Assembly: GCF_963921235.1 (NCBI RefSeq)
Contig: NC_086097.1
Location: forward strand, 230,828,001 to 230,892,000
DNA from: Mobula hypostoma
Lineage: Eukaryota
Length of the DNA stretch: 64,000 nt
Direction of reading: 5' to 3'
Positions 1 to 13,590 of the stretch are shown here, in pieces. The position numbers and the translations under genes are program-made. The notes beneath the pieces were generated by a model. The model was not told the origin of the DNA and made no database searches. It was given only the letters and a program-made list of their open reading frames with translations. Positions within the stretch are counted from its first letter, which is position 1. Each line of letters starts with the position of its first letter.

Positions 1-1589
1 CAGTTAAAAATGTAAAGGCTTGCTCTCTGTAGACTGGAAACAGTGTTTGATTTATGATTGAAACAGAGCAGTTGAAAAAACCTTTTCAGATGGTATGAAA
101 ACAAGGCTTAAATACTTAACTTAGCATTTAAGGAAAATGGAAGTTTCATGTTTGCTTTTATCGTTATTTCTAAATTTGTTTTAATGAAGAGGATAATTAA
201 CATTTACGTAAACTATATTTAAAAGGAGAATTAGCTGTTATGTTAATATTTGCAAAAGATGATGGGAGCACAGATGTAAACAAAAATGGGTAAACAAAAG
301 ACACTTGCAAGAAATGCATTGATTTTTTTCTATTATGTGTTATAACTTTAAATGTTTCCCTTGTTTTTCATGCTCCCAAGCATCAGCAATTATATCAAAT
401 CAAAAGGCTAGTTCAAAAGACATTTATTTTATTAAAAACTGAATTAGGTAACCAGATGTTCTCTCTACGAGGGACAAGTAGTAATAGTTCTTCGCCTACC
501 TTTCTGTATATCTACCTTAGAAGCTGTCCATATGTACACAGCCAGCAAAATGAAAATTAGTTGAGGATTTTTTTTACCCCTTAAAGAAAGTTATGAAGTC
601 AAGATGGATGGTGGAATTTGATAGTAATCACCATCATGATCTGTAAGGATCAATATTTGTTTCTAACTAAATTGAAGTGACATTTTCCCCCTCTATTTGA
701 ATATCAATTTATGCATTTTTAGGTAGGGACAGCTACCAATTATAGTTAGATATGGTATACAATGCACAGTGTGGATAACTGTGAGAACAAGAACACTACA
801 GATAGAAAAATAATGTTCTTTTATTAGCAATATTTGAACTGCATTGAGAATAATATTTTGTCATTAACGTTACAGCTTATGGTTTTGTTAATGAAATAAT
901 TTATTGGCCCAAGTTATTTGAATATAAAAATATACACCTTAAATTGAAATAATCCGTTTGTGTTTTAAACTTTCTTTTACACAATGCTGTGATGCTAGAC
1001 GAATTGTTTCAGACCACTGATATAAAAATTGTTATGATACATGAACAATTTGTTCCTTATTAGTTTAATAGCAAGGAGCTGTCTTATTTACGCAAGGTCA
1101 ACGCAACTTAGATGTTTTTCTATAACATTATCTAAGGGGCAATGATAACTTTTGGTATTTATTTTCTACAAATTACTTATCAGAGTTGTGGACGTAGATT
1201 TTATGCATGTTTATATCTTTTATATTTAAAGTCTTTTTATAGTTGAAAGGCATCACTGGAGGCATCAGCCCTTAATGTGTTGTTTAACTTGTTTGTCTTT
1301 CATTTAAAAGCGCATGGACACAGAAACAACTTTAAAAGGGTGGATTTTTACAATCAAATTACTGCGTATTACTGCAGTAAGTAATTTCTGAAGATGAAAG
1401 ACTTGAAGTTACTCACTTTATAGTGAAGTATTCCGGCGTGGTGATGAACACTAAGAAGCCCAATTTCAATTATCACTTTTAACGTCAAAGCAAATTGTCC
1501 ACCGGTTGCCTCCCCAGTAACGATAATACTACATTAAGATCAAGAGAATAAATGATTTGAATAAGGGGAAATAAAGCATCATCATTACC

Positions 1590-2070
1590 CAAGGTTGCTG
1601 CCGACAAAGGGGCTCTTCAAAATGGAGGGCGCAGCAAGCTGGCCTTTGCTCGGGGGTCTCCGGGCTCCGGTTTCCGTGGAGCCCCGTTAGGGGAGCACGC
1701 TGCCGCATGCGCTCCCTCCGCCGGCTTTGGCCAAACCCAGCCACCCGCTACGACTCAGGCGAGGCTCGGACCAGACCAACCACCTCCACATCATGCTGCG
1801 GTCGAAAGACGGGTCAATGATAGCATCCGAGCATGTTTTATGTAACTCGTTTGTTATCCCGACCGAAGCGCCGAATGAAGCCCGGTGTTTATCCTCGACA
1901 GGAGGGCCTCCCGGCAGCGACTGCCCAGACTCCGCCGTTGCTAGGAGACGGAGTAGGCTCCCTCCGAGCCGCTGCAGGATGGCGGCACTGCCTGAAACTC
2001 TCCCCTCCAACAGCGAGTTCCACCCGCCCCCCGACGTTCGGGTTTGTCTGTCCCCACCGCCGGTCTCGTA
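1590..2070. promoter_or_regulatory. CpG-island promoter (NRF1-like, RFX X-box, GC box, YY1-like motifs)
   Basis: Non-repeat stretch rich in GC and CpG in an AT-rich background. CCGCATGCGC at 1703-1712, GTTGCTAGGAGAC at 1937-1949, GATGGCGGC at 1978-1986, CCCGCCCC at 2023-2030. Confidence 0.75.
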
Positions 2071-2919
2071 TTTTATCTTTTACAATGGGTGCATACACCA
2101 CACACCATATAAAGACGACGAGTTATAACAGTTGTAGGAAAAAGGTCCCATCGTTTTGCGGTAATTTTAAGAAGAAAACATAAACACCTGAGTTTGGTAC
2201 CTATCACCACGCTGTCACCCAGCGTTTTAAACTCTCAAATAACAAACTACTTTGGCGTAATTACATTTTTTTCTTGGTAAAAAGGGAGAAAACTTGTTAA
2301 GAATTTCCATGCCTACCTAATCCACTTTGTCATCAAAATATAACCACGTTTAGACTAATATCTATTTTTGTAATATGTCACATACTCACCCTTGGATTTT
2401 ATGAAGACCAACTCCGTGGATAGCTGTTACCACGAGATTTGTATTTGATTCTTCGCCATGCTGGATACGGGAATGTGCTCAGCTCATAACCTTTTTACTG
2501 CGTTTAAAAAACACTCATTCAGAAAAGTATAAGACACCCGAATGCATTAAATTATTTTCTTATCTGTTTATTCCATTGATGACATCGGCAAATTTTAAAA
2601 CTTTTTTCTCTTTAACCATTATATAGGGTTCCCAGCGGAATCGTCTCTTTATCCAAGTCGTGCTGTCAAATCATTGAGTCATCTTCATAATGTGTTCAAG
2701 TGTCTTTGTGTATATAAACTGAATAACAAGGTCATTTAGGAACTAAGCTTTGAAGCATCTTTTAATATATGAAAGAGTTTATTAGTGTTTTATTGTTTTG
2801 CTCTAATATTTGAAAAATACCAGTATTTTTGTTATTGCCAATCTATTTATTTGTTTGTTGAGATACAGTATGGATAAAAAGATTTAAAAAGAAAAAGAAA
2901 GAGATACAGTATGGAATAA

Positions 2920-3095
2920 GCCCTTCAAGCCTCGCAGCCCAGCAACCCCCACCCCATTTAACCCTAACCTAATAACAAGACAATTTACAACGATTAATTA
3001 ACCGACCAATTGTCATGTCTTTGGACTGTAGGAGGAAATCGGAGCACCAAGAGGGACCCCCACCCACAGGTAGTCATGGGGAGAACATACAAACT
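2920..3095 (-). mobile_element. HE1-like V-SINE fragment
   Basis: The reverse complement carries the V-domain motif TGCTCCGATTTCCTCCTACAGTCCAAAGAC, and it matches the copy at 55851. Confidence 0.65.
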
Positions 3096-3237
3096 TATTG
3101 ATAGTGGCAAGAATTTTTGCATTTATTTTGTATACAAAGCTTATTTCAGAATGTACTTCAAAAAGCTCGTCAATAACATGCAGTGGGGAGAAAATGTGGT
3201 TTTGGTTAGTCATCTTGATCACAACAACTGAAAGCAC

Positions 3238-4336
3238 ACTGGTTAGCAGACAGGAAGCAAAGAGTGGGAATAAACGGGACCTTTTCAGAATGGCAGGCGG
3301 TGACTAGTGGGGTACCGCAAGGCTCAGTGCTGGGACCCCAGTTGTTTACAATATATATTAATGACTTGGATGAGGGAATTAAATGCAGCATCTCCAAGTT
3401 TGCGGATGACACGAAGCTGGGTGGCAGTGTTAGCTGTGAGGAGGATGCTAAGAGGATGCAGAGTGACTTGGATAGGTTGGGTGAGTGGGCAAATTCATGG
3501 CAGATGCAATTTAATGTGGATAAATGTGAGGTTATCCACTTTGGTGGCAAAAATAGGAAAACAGATTATTATCTGAATGGTGGCCGATTAGGAAAAGGGG
3601 AGGTGCAATGAGACCTGGGTGTCATTATACACCAGTCATTGAAAGTGGGCATGCAGGTACAGCAGGCAGTGAAAAAGGCGAATGGTATGCTGGCATTTAT
3701 AGCGAGAGGATTCGAGTACAGGAGCAGGGAGGTACTGCTGCAGTTGTACAAGGCCTTGGTGAGACCACACCTGGAGTATTGTGTGCAGTTTTGGTCCCCT
3801 AATCTGAGGAAAGACATCCTTGCCATAGAGGGAGTACAAAGAAGGTTCACCAGATTGATTCCTGGGATGGCAGGACTTTCATATGAAGAAAGACTGGATG
3901 AACTGGGCTTGTACTCGTTGGAATTTAGAAGATTGAGGGGGGATCTGATTGAAACGTATAAAATCCTAAAGGGATTGGACAGGCTAGATGCAGGAAGATT
4001 GTTCCCGATGTTGGGGAAGTCCAGAACAAGGGGTCACAGTTTGAGGATAAAGGGGAAGCCTTTTAGGATCGAGATTAAGAAAAACTTCTTCACACAGAGA
4101 GTGGTGAATCTGTGGAATACTCTGCCACAGGAAACAGTTGAGGCCAGTTCATTGGCTATATTTAAGAGGGAGTTAGATATGGCCCTTGTGGCTACGGGGA
4201 TCAGGGGGTATGGAGGGAAGACTGGGGTGGGGTTCTGAGTTGGATGATCAGCCATGATCATAATAAATGGCGGTGCAGGCTTAAAGGGCCGAATGGCCTA
4301 CTCCTGCACCTATTTTCTATGTTTCTATGTTTCTAT
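3238..4336 (+). mobile_element. Young CR1/L3 LINE, 5'-truncated
   Basis: RT motifs GVPQGSVLGP and KFADD, C-terminal RPHLEYCVQFWSP, (TTTCTATG)n tail. In-frame TGA at about 3608. Confidence 0.95.
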
Positions 4337-5069
4337 TGAAGAAATGTGACACAGGTTTTTCAAGGAAAATATTGCAAGCTGTGTCATATCTGTATTTGAG
4401 TTGCAGTTGACTTTGACAGAACCATATTTTGTACATCCTTTGTTGTCCTTACAAAGTAATGCTGGGATTTATTTTCTTTTGAATAGCTGACTTTAGTCGA
4501 TGGTCTACAATGGTGAAATGTTGAAATTTCAGTATTGGGGTCAGAATAATTCATTACAACAGGCCATGAACATGGAGCAGGTAATCCTTGTATGGTCTTT
4601 TAGTAGAGATTGTGATTGATATCTCACCTGATAGTGTCAACTGTCTACAATGTACATTCTGCATTGACAAACCTCTGAGCCAAGACTAATACATGGTTGT
4701 GAAGTTTAGTGAAAAAGGAGAAATCATCAGTAGATATGTTGTAAATTCATGACAGCAAACTTCTTGCCTTAATTTGTCTCTAATTCTTCAGAAATCCGGT
4801 TTTTTAGTTTATTCAGTTTTCAGATTATGGGCATCACTGACTGTCCAGCTTTGTTGTCTATTATCAATCCCCTGGAGAAGGTTTTGATGAACTACTTTCT
4901 TGAATTGCTTTAATCCTTTTGGAGTTCTTAAGTCCTATCTTGTAGGAGTTGCTAATCAGGGAATCTAGCAGTATATCTTAGGCATGCTGCACACTACAGC
5001 AAATGATGTTGTTGGTCAAAAATAGAGCATACCGCTTTGTCCCGAATAGAGCTAAGCATCTTGGTGTCA

Positions 5070-6110
5070 GTACACTGTATTTCATCTGCCACTTCTTTGT
5101 CCATTCCCCCAATCTGTCTAAGTCCTTCTGTAGACACCCTGCTTTCTTAACACCGCCTGCGCCTCCACCTATCTTCGTATTGGCTGCAAACTTGGTCACA
5201 AAACCATCAATTTCTTCATCAAGTTCATTGACATATAATATGCAAAGAAGCTGTACCAACACAGAGCCCTGTGGCACATCACTAGTCATTAGCAGCCAAC
5301 CAGAAAAGGTCCCCCTTGTTTCCACTCTTTGCCTCTTGCTAGTCAGCCAGTCTTCTATCCATGCTCGTACATTTGTTATATCATAGGCTCTTATTATCTT
5401 GTAAAGTAGCCTTATGTGCAGCACTTATCAAAGGCTTCTGAAAATCCAAGTGCACAACATCAACTGATTCTCCTTTGTCTATCCTGCTTATTAGTTCCTC
5501 AAAGAATTCCAACAGATTTGTCAGGCAATATTTCCCATTTAGAAAACTATGCTGACTTCAGCCTATTTTATCATGTGCCTCCAAGTAATCCAAAACCTCA
5601 TCCTTAATAATGGGCTGCAACATCTTTCCAACCATTGAAGTCAGGCTAATAGGTCCACAATTTCCTTTCTCCTTCCTCCCTCCCTTCTTAAAGAGTGGAA
5701 TGCCATTTGTAATTTTCCAGTCCTCAGGAACTATTCCAGAATCAAGTGATTCTTCAAAGATCATTACTAATGCCTACACAATCGCTTTAGCTACTTCTTT
5801 CAGAAACCTGTAGTCCATCTGGTCCAGGTGATTTATCTACCTTCAGACCTTTCTGCATCTTTTCCTTAGTAATAGCAACGACATTCACTTCTGTGCCCTG
5901 CACTCTTGCATTTCTGGCATTCTGCTAACGTCTTCCAAGGTGAAGACTGATGCAAAATACTTATTCAGTTTGTTCGCCATTTATTTGAACCTATTACTAC
6001 CTGTCCAGTGCCATTTCCCAGCGGATCCACTCTCATCTCTTTTTTACTCTTTATTTATCTGAAAAAACTTCTTGTATCGTCTTTTATATTATTGGCTATC
6101 TTACCATCAG
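5070..6110 (-). mobile_element. Old CR1 LINE ORF2 fragment (continues at 6710-7010)
   Basis: Degenerate RT peptides VPQGSVL, PEDWKITN and PISLTS on the minus strand. Confidence 0.85.
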
Positions 6111-6709
6111 CCCTCTGATGAAAAATGATATCGTATCTGTTAAATAGGGGCTGTGGACAATTCTGATTTGATGGAGAAGTGACGTGAAAGCACAGAGGAA
6201 CATCTGGAAAAATTTCTGAAACACTCGTTCGCTGCTGTTGTTACTGTGCGGTCAGGAATCTTTCGGAGGGAAGGCCTCAAAATCCCCGGCTTTGCCTGCT
6301 GTTGGCGACCGAGAAGGAGGTCGAACCGTTCAGATAGAGATGGCGCTCAGTACTCGGTGTTGGAGAGCTGATCAGAGCTTGAAGTTTTCAGATGATTCAG
6401 AGTCGGACCGTGGTCGGGTATGACAGGGAAAGTTTTTCTTCCTTCTCTCCGTTTGCGTGAGATGTGGGACATTTGAGAGACTTTGAACTTTTACTGTGCT
6501 CATGGACTTCTTCATCAAGTTATGGTATTGTCACACTGTTGCAACTATATGTTATAATTATGTGGTTTTGTTAGTTTTTTTTCAGTCTTGGTCTGTCCTG
6601 TGTTTTGTGATATCTCACCGGAGGAAATACTGTATCATTTCTTAATGCATGCATTACTAAATGACAATAAAAGAGGACTGCGTGTCTTCATAATCTAATC
6701 TAATCTAAT
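6110..6709 (+). mobile_element. Non-coding retroposon (SINE or LINE 3' end) with (AATCT)n tail, inserted in CR1
   Basis: Interrupts CR1 sequence, retains CpGs, and ends AATAAAA...TAATCTAATCTAATCTAAT. Confidence 0.6.
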
Positions 6710-7139
6710 TTCTTCTCATTATGGCATTTTACGTTGCCTTCTGTTGGTTTTTTAAAAGCCTCCCAATCCCCTACCTTCCCTCTATTTTTTGCTATATTAT
6801 ATGCCCTCTCTTTAGCTTTTATGCTGCTTTAACTTCCCTTGTCAGCCACAGTTGCCTCAACCTCCCATTAGAATACTACTTCATCTTTGGTATTTTTCTT
6901 TCCATTTGCCTTCCAAATATCCCCTTACCGTTTGCTGACATCCCTGCTAGTGTCCCTTCTAGTCAACTTTGGCCAGATCCTTTCTCAGGCCTCTGTAATT
7001 CCCTTTACTCCTTACACTTACTGTAATTCAGTTTTTTTCTCTATCACTATGTATTGCATTGTACTGCTGCCACAAAGACAACACATTTCATGAGGTATAT
7101 CAATGATATTAAACCTGATTCTGGTTCTGATTCTGACAT

Positions 7140-7640
7140 CCCTGATTCTGACATTCTGTACCTGTGAGTCAATGTACTATCTGGGTGTCTCTTTTACATC
7201 CACAGAATCTGTTTTCTACTCCTCAAGTTATGGAATTCCCTAGCATTACAGCACTGCTCTTCTCCCTCCTTCCCTTCTGAGCCACAGAGTCAAACTCGGT
7301 GCCAGAGACCCGGTCACTGCAGCTTTCCCCTGTAGGTTGTCCACCCCAGCCACAGCGGTATTCTGCATTGGCTGCCTTCCTTTTCCCTCTACCAACACTT
7401 ACCCAGTTACCTGTCTTCTACAACTTAGGGGTGATTACCTCCCTGTATCGCCTATCTATCACCTCCTCATTTTCCCATTTGAACCAGCAATCATCGAGGT
7501 GCATCTCCATTTCCTTAACATGGTCTCTCTGCAGCTTGATGCACTTCATGCAGATGTAGGTATCAGTGGTCTCCCAGAGTATCTGCATGTCACACAAAGA
7601 GCATACCACTACCTTCTGACCCATTCTTTGTGCACTGACT
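7140..7640 (-). mobile_element. CR1 ORF1 5' remnant
   Basis: CSLC...YICMKCIKLQ zinc-finger/coiled-coil N-terminus typical of CR1 ORF1 (ORF 7418-7624). Confidence 0.7.
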
Positions 7641-8599
7641 ATGTACTAACATTAGTTAGAATCTCCACCTGTGCTTGTCTGAGCCTTTTCAGCCTTGAGC
7701 CAAAGCCAGACAGCCAGGCCACTCTAGTGCTGCCCCACTCACACAGGGGCAACTCTGCTTACACTTCCTTTCCTCTTATGGCCCTGTGCTGGCAGCAGCC
7801 TGTGGAAAAAGAATCAAAAGCACTGGGAATTTTTTTTAAACCTTGCACTGCAACACCAACGAATGACCTTCTACATTGGTTGCAGCCTGCCAAAAAAGAG
7901 CTGAAAAGCACTAGAGCTCATTCTAAACTTCGCTCTGCGTCACCAACAACTGACTTCTGGTGCTGAATGCAACCTGTCGATTCAACACATGTTGCAGTGA
8001 AGTATATATCTACTGTTTCTAATGGTTCACATTACCTCTGAATGCTCCTTTAAGCCTACTAGATTTGTTTTCTTGGTCTGTGTTATATAACTTAAAGGTG
8101 TCCTCAATATGAAACAGCACAGCCTCCATAAGGACAGTGCAGTGGTCATTAATACTGTTGCTGTCACTGATAAATGTTGTAGGTTTGCTCACTACATGTT
8201 ACAGACCCAGTATGATAATTATGTCCTTCAGGTCTTGGCCAGCCTGGTCAGCAGCATTACTTCTAAGCTACCTTTGGTGTAACACATCAAAATCTTCAAC
8301 CCAGAATCTATGCCCTTGCTCCTTTCAGACATTTTACTAGCTGAAGGAAGATAATAGGTGGTAATCAGGAGCTGGAACACTGGATCAAGTTGGTGCTGAT
8401 GTCATGAGACATCTTGGGGCCTGGCACCAAAGTGGTGAAGTCACTGCAGCCAATACTGTGAGTACGACAGGATTAGTAGTCTTTGAGATGGTCTCCCAAT
8501 TAGATACCAATCCCAAATATTCATGAAGAGGACTGGGTGAGGTTAATTTTGCTGGCTGACTTTACGATTCTAATTCAGTGCCCAGGCTGATGTTGGCAT

Positions 8600-9065
8600 A
8601 AAGGAGACTGCAGATGCTGGAAATCTCATGCAAAACACACAAAATGCTATAGAAAAACCAATAGGTAGGCATAGTCCATGGAAGGAAATGAAAAGTTGGC
8701 ATTTCAGGCTGAGACCTTTATTAGGACGGGAAAGAAAGAGGGTAGAAGCCAGAAGAAAAAAGTGGGGGGAGGAATTGGATGATAGGTGAATCCAGGTTGG
8801 AGGGAGAAGGTAGATAGTTGGTGAGGGGTAGGGGAGATGGGAATGATATGAGAAACTGGGAGGCGATAGGTGAAGGTAGAATCTGATCGGAGTGGACAGT
8901 AGACCATGGAAGAAAGGGGAAGAGTGGAGGGGAAGGTGTGGGTGATGAGCAGGTTAAGAGGAAGAGGAGAAGAAAGAGAAGGGATAAAGGGGCAAGATCA
9001 ATATGGAAAACAAATTGGGAGGGAGTAACAGAGGGAAGTGTCATACCGGAAATTAAAGAAACTGA
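8600..9065 (-). mobile_element. Old Penelope-like element terminal region
   Basis: CTGCAGATGCTGGAAATC end, degenerate hammerhead motif and purine-rich tract, all shared with the other PLE copies. Confidence 0.7.
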
Positions 9066-9920
9066 GAAATTAGTGAACCTGGAATGGTATTAGTGGATTG
9101 TGCTATTTTCTCTTTTAATGAAGTGATTTGGGCCATTTCAGAAGACTGTAATTTATTTTGCTGGCCCCTTCAGCCACAAAAAGCAGCTTTCTTTCTCTGT
9201 GGAGAATCAATGAACCAGATGTTCATTATAAACAAATGTCAGGCAGTTTTGTAAACACCCAGACTAGTTTGTTTTAAATTCCAGATTATTGGCTGACTTA
9301 AAATTCCACAACTGCCATACTGGAAATTTTAGTTCAGATTTGTGATTATTTTCTACTAATTTACCCACATTGGATGGGATAGGTGAGGAAAATGAACTAA
9401 AGAAATTTACCCTTGTCACAATTACATACGCCGTGTGGCCCCCTCAAGCTGCTGCAGTATTCAACAAGGTCATAGCTAATCCATTTGCCTGCCTTTTCCA
9501 CCATTATCCTAATCCTTTGATTCATTTAATACCTAGAAGCCTATCAATCTCTGTTTTGAACAGAATCATTGATTGAGCCATCCTGAGAGGTAAATTCCAT
9601 AGATTCACCACTCTTTGGGTGAAGAAAGGAATACTCAATTCAGCTTTAAATGGCTTATCCCTTTTTTTTTGAGACTATCAACCCCGTTTTTGACTCTTCA
9701 ACCAGTCTATTTGTTTCAATCAGGTCAATTCTCATTCTAATTTCTAGAAACGAGGGCCCTTTCCTCCCCAAATGACATGCATGCCTTTGTAAAAGCAGTT
9801 TGGTGAATATTCACTCTACTCCCTTGATAGCAAGTTTATCCTTCTTTTAGGTAAGTTGATCAAAACTGTGTGCAATACTTAAGGTGTGCTCTAACCAAGA
9901 CACAATGTAATTATGGTGAA

Positions 9921-10068
9921 CAACAGGAATTCTGCAGATGCTGGAAATTCAAGCAACACACATCAAAGTTGCTGGTGAACGCAGCAGGCCAGGCAGCATC
10001 TATAGGAAGAGGCGCAGTCAACGTTTCAGGCCGAGACCCTTCGTCAGGACTAACTGAAGGAAGAGTGA
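9921..10068 (-). mobile_element. Young Penelope-derived short element with 14-bp TSD
   Basis: TSD GTAATTATGGTGAA at 9907-9920 and 10069-10082. Confidence 0.85.
10016..10051 (-). ncRNA. Minimal type-I hammerhead ribozyme (PLE type)
   Basis: Minus strand reads AGUC-CUGACGA-AGGGUCUCGGCCU-GAAAC-GUU/GACU: intact core, stem I AGUC/GACU and palindromic ACGU stem III. Confidence 0.75.
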
Positions 10069-10374
10069 GTAATTATGGTGAAAAATCTTTATTGCTGTAC
10101 TCAAAAATCATAAGGCATTAAGTAATAACCATTTGTCTTCCAAACTGCCTGCTGTATCTGCATATTAGCTTTTAGTGGCTTTATACAATGACACTTGGAT
10201 TCCTTTTAATGTGACCTCTCAGTATTTAAAAATGTTAATCATTTCTGATTCAATCTAAGTGGATAACTTAATGTTTTGAAACATTGTTGAGTTTGACTTG
10301 TTATTGTCCAGCTACCTAGCTAGTCTATATTACTATAGAAGCCTCTTTGCATCTCATTCTGTGTTTATATCGTC

Positions 10375-12520
10375 AAGGTAGGTCGGCTGAGTATCTCAAA
10401 TGCAGAGGTGTATGCCTCATGATCAACTCCTTGTGGTGCACTAATGTGTCGGCTGATACATTGCTCACCAGACTGGAATACCTTGCAATTAAATGCCAGC
10501 CTTTTTACCTGCCGCAGGAGATTTCAGCCATCATTTTGATAGTGGTGTACATTCCACCTTAGGCTAATGTCAAACAAGCCCTAGGCTTAACTGAGCAATG
10601 TAATCAACGGGCATGAAATAGCACATCCTGATATCGCCCATCATTTTGGAGGATTTTAACCAAGCCAGCTTGATTAAAATCTCTAAATAATTATTATCAA
10701 CAAATCATCTGTAGTACCAGAGGAAGTAACACAGTGTTACACCAAGTTTAAGAGTGCTTACTGTGCTATCGCACACCCACACTTTAGTAAGACTGATCAC
10801 CTGGCTGTACTTCTACTCCCTCAGTATAGGCAGAGACTGAAGACTGCAGGACCAGTAGTTAGGACCAAGAAGGTATGGAACAGGGAGGCACAAGAGTGCT
10901 TACAGGACTGCTTTGAGTTGATGCACTGTACTAGGTTCAGGGAGTCATCTTTGAGGCAGGATGAGTATGCCACAGCTGTCACCAACTTCATGAAAACCTG
11001 TGTGGACGAGTGTGTGCCTATGAAAACTTACTGTGCATTCCCAAACCAAAAGCTGTGGATGAAGCAGGAAGTTTGTAGTCTGCTAAGGGCTAGATCTATG
11101 GCATTTAAGCCTTCTGATCCAGATCTATATAAGACAACCAGGTATGACTTGCGGAGTGCTATTTCAAGAGCCAAGGAACAATTCCAGGAGAGGCTAGAGG
11201 CAACATTGGATGTACGTCAACTCTGTCAGGGTTTGCAGGCCATTACTTCCTACAAAGCAAAACCCAACATCATGGATGGCAGCGAAGCTTCACTACCAGA
11301 TAAACTCAATGCCTTTTATGCTCGCTGTGAAAGGAAGAATAAAACCACAGCTATGACGATCCATGCAGCATTTGATGACCCTGTGATCTCTGTTTTGGCA
11401 GCCGAAGTCTATAAGACCATAAGACTTAGGAGCAAAATTAGGCCATTCATCCCATCAAGACTGCTTCACCATTTCATCATGGCTGATCCTGGATCCCATT
11501 CAACCCCATACACTTGCCCTCTCAACATATCTCTTGATGCGTCGACCAATCAGGAATCTATCAACTTCCGCTTTAAATATACCCATGGACTTGGCCTCCA
11601 CTGCAGTGTGTGACAGAGCATTCCACAGATTCACCCCTGGATCTGGGGTTGAAAGGGTAAACAGCTTCAAGTTCCTCGGCATCCACATCTCCAAGGACCT
11701 CATGTGGCCTGTACAGACCAGCTGTGTGGTGGAAAAAGGCACAACAGCGCCTCTTTCACCTCAGACTGTTGAGGAAATTTGGTATAGGCCCCCAAATCCT
11801 AAGAACTTTCTACAGGGGCACAATTGAGAGCATCCTAACTGGCTGCATCAATGTCTGGTATGTGAAGCACCTTCAATAACTCCAAAAGACTGAAATTAGG
11901 TAAAATACTGAAAGGCTTTTATTCGCTGTACAATACGACATCCATGCTGAATGTCTGCCCCCAGACTGAGGGGGAGAGGCAAGGCGGAATCACCTTTATT
12001 CGGGAATCTGTGGGAGGAGCCACAGGGGCAGTCAGCAGAGGGGCGTGTCCAGACAGTTAACCCAGTTACAACATATATATGGTTTACCACGGTATGGGAA
12101 CTGTACCTCCGTTAATCACAGGACTCTGCAGAGAGTGGTGCGGACAGCCCAGCGCATCTGTGGTTGTGAACTTCCCATGATTCAGGACGTCTACAAGGAC
12201 AGGTGTGTAAAAAGGGCCTGTAAGATCATTAGGGACCCAAGTCATCCCAACCACAATCTATTTCAGCTGCTACCATCCGGGAAGCAGTACCGCAGCAAAA
12301 AAGGCAGGACCAAAGGCTCTGGGACAGCTTCTTCCACCAGGCCATCAGACTGATGAACTCACACTGACTTGAGTGTACTTTATATTACATTGACTGTTCT
12401 ATTTATTATAAAGTTTTATAAATTACTATGATTGCACATTGCACATTTAGATGGAGATGTAACGTAAAGATTTTTACTCCTCATGTGTGAAGAATGTGAG
12501 AAATAAAGTCAATTCAATTC
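10375..12520 (+). mobile_element. Rex/Babar-type LINE, degenerate, with nested inserts
   Basis: Endonuclease motif LEYLAIKCQPFYLP...VYIPP, FKFLGIHIS, (CAATT)n tail. Nested CR1 3' fragment at about 11410-11635 and a solo LTR. Confidence 0.8.
11861..12090 (-). mobile_element. Solo LTR (Gypsy-like)
   Basis: Starts TGTGA and ends TTTACCAC. 4-bp TSD GGTA at 11857-11860 and 12091-12094; the host LINE resumes across it. Confidence 0.75.
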
Positions 12521-13590
12521 AATTCTTTGGCTAAAAAAATCCCTCATTACTTCTGTTCTAAATGGTTTCCCCTCAATTTTGACGCTGTGCCCTCTAGTTC
12601 TGGATACCCCCACCAGAAGGAACATCCTCTTCACATCCACCTTATTTAATCCTTTCAACATTCGGTAGGTTTCAATGAGATTCCCACATATTCTTGGCAA
12701 AGCTGCCAAACGCTCCTCATATGTTAACCTCTTCATTCCTGGAATCATCCCGTGAACCTCCTCTGGACTCTCTCCACTGACAATACATTCTTTCTGAGAT
12801 AAGGGACCCAAAACTGTGGAGAATACTCCAAGTGTAGCCTGACTAGTGGCTTATAAAGCTTCAGAACTATCTCCTTGTTTTTATATTCCATTCTCCTTGA
12901 AATAAATGGCAACATAGTATTTGCCTCCTTCACCTGTGAATTAACCTCGCAAACAGGAGGAAATCTGCAGATGCTGGAAATTCAAGCAACACACATCAAA
13001 GTTGCTGGTGAACGCAGCAGGCCAGGCAGCATCTCTAGGAAGAAGTACAGTTGACGTTTCGGACCAAGACCCTGACGAATTACCTTTGCATCTCTGATGT
13101 TTGAATTTTCTTCCCATTTAGATAATAGTCTGCACTATTGTTCCTTTTACCACAATGCATTATCATACATTTCCCAACACTGTATTCCATCTGCCACTTT
13201 TTTGCCCATTCTTCCAATTTGTCCAAGTCCTGCTGCAATTGCATTACTTCCTCAGCACCACCTACCCCTCCACCTATCTTTGTATCATCCGCAAACTTCG
13301 CCACAAAGCCATCAGTTCCACTATCTAAAACATTGACAATGTGAAAAGCAGCGGTCCCTGTACTGACCCCCTGTGGAACACCACTGGCAACCAACCAGAA
13401 AAGGCCCCCTTTATTCCCACTCGCTGTCTCCTGCCTGTCAGCTATTCCTTTATTCATGTCAGTATATTTCCTGTAACACCAATGGATTTTATCTTGTTAA
13501 GCAGCCTCATGTGAGGCACTTTTGTTAAATGTCTTCAGAAAATCCAAGTAAATGACACCCACTGCCTCTCTTTTATCCACCTTACTTGTT
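12521..13590 (-). mobile_element. CR1 fragment with nested PLE short element (12948-13076)
   Basis: KFADDTKIGGGV and VRLHLEYSPQFW peptides. The PLE insert is flanked by GAATTA(A)CCT. Confidence 0.85.

Larger units (their letters stand above)
9420..10340 (-). mobile_element. Old CR1 3' region
   Basis: Similar to the reverse complement of the CR1 3' end (AATTCCATAGATTCACCACTCT, CAAAACTGTGTGCAATACT). Confidence 0.75.

Noticed and set aside
1529..2183. Overlapping ORFs in the CpG island, one ending DDEL
   Set aside because: No recognisable domain; high GC suppresses stop codons on both strands.
4487..4580. Possible plus-strand exon with AG acceptor and GTAATC donor
   Set aside because: All three frames are closed and no partner exons are evident; could be chance.
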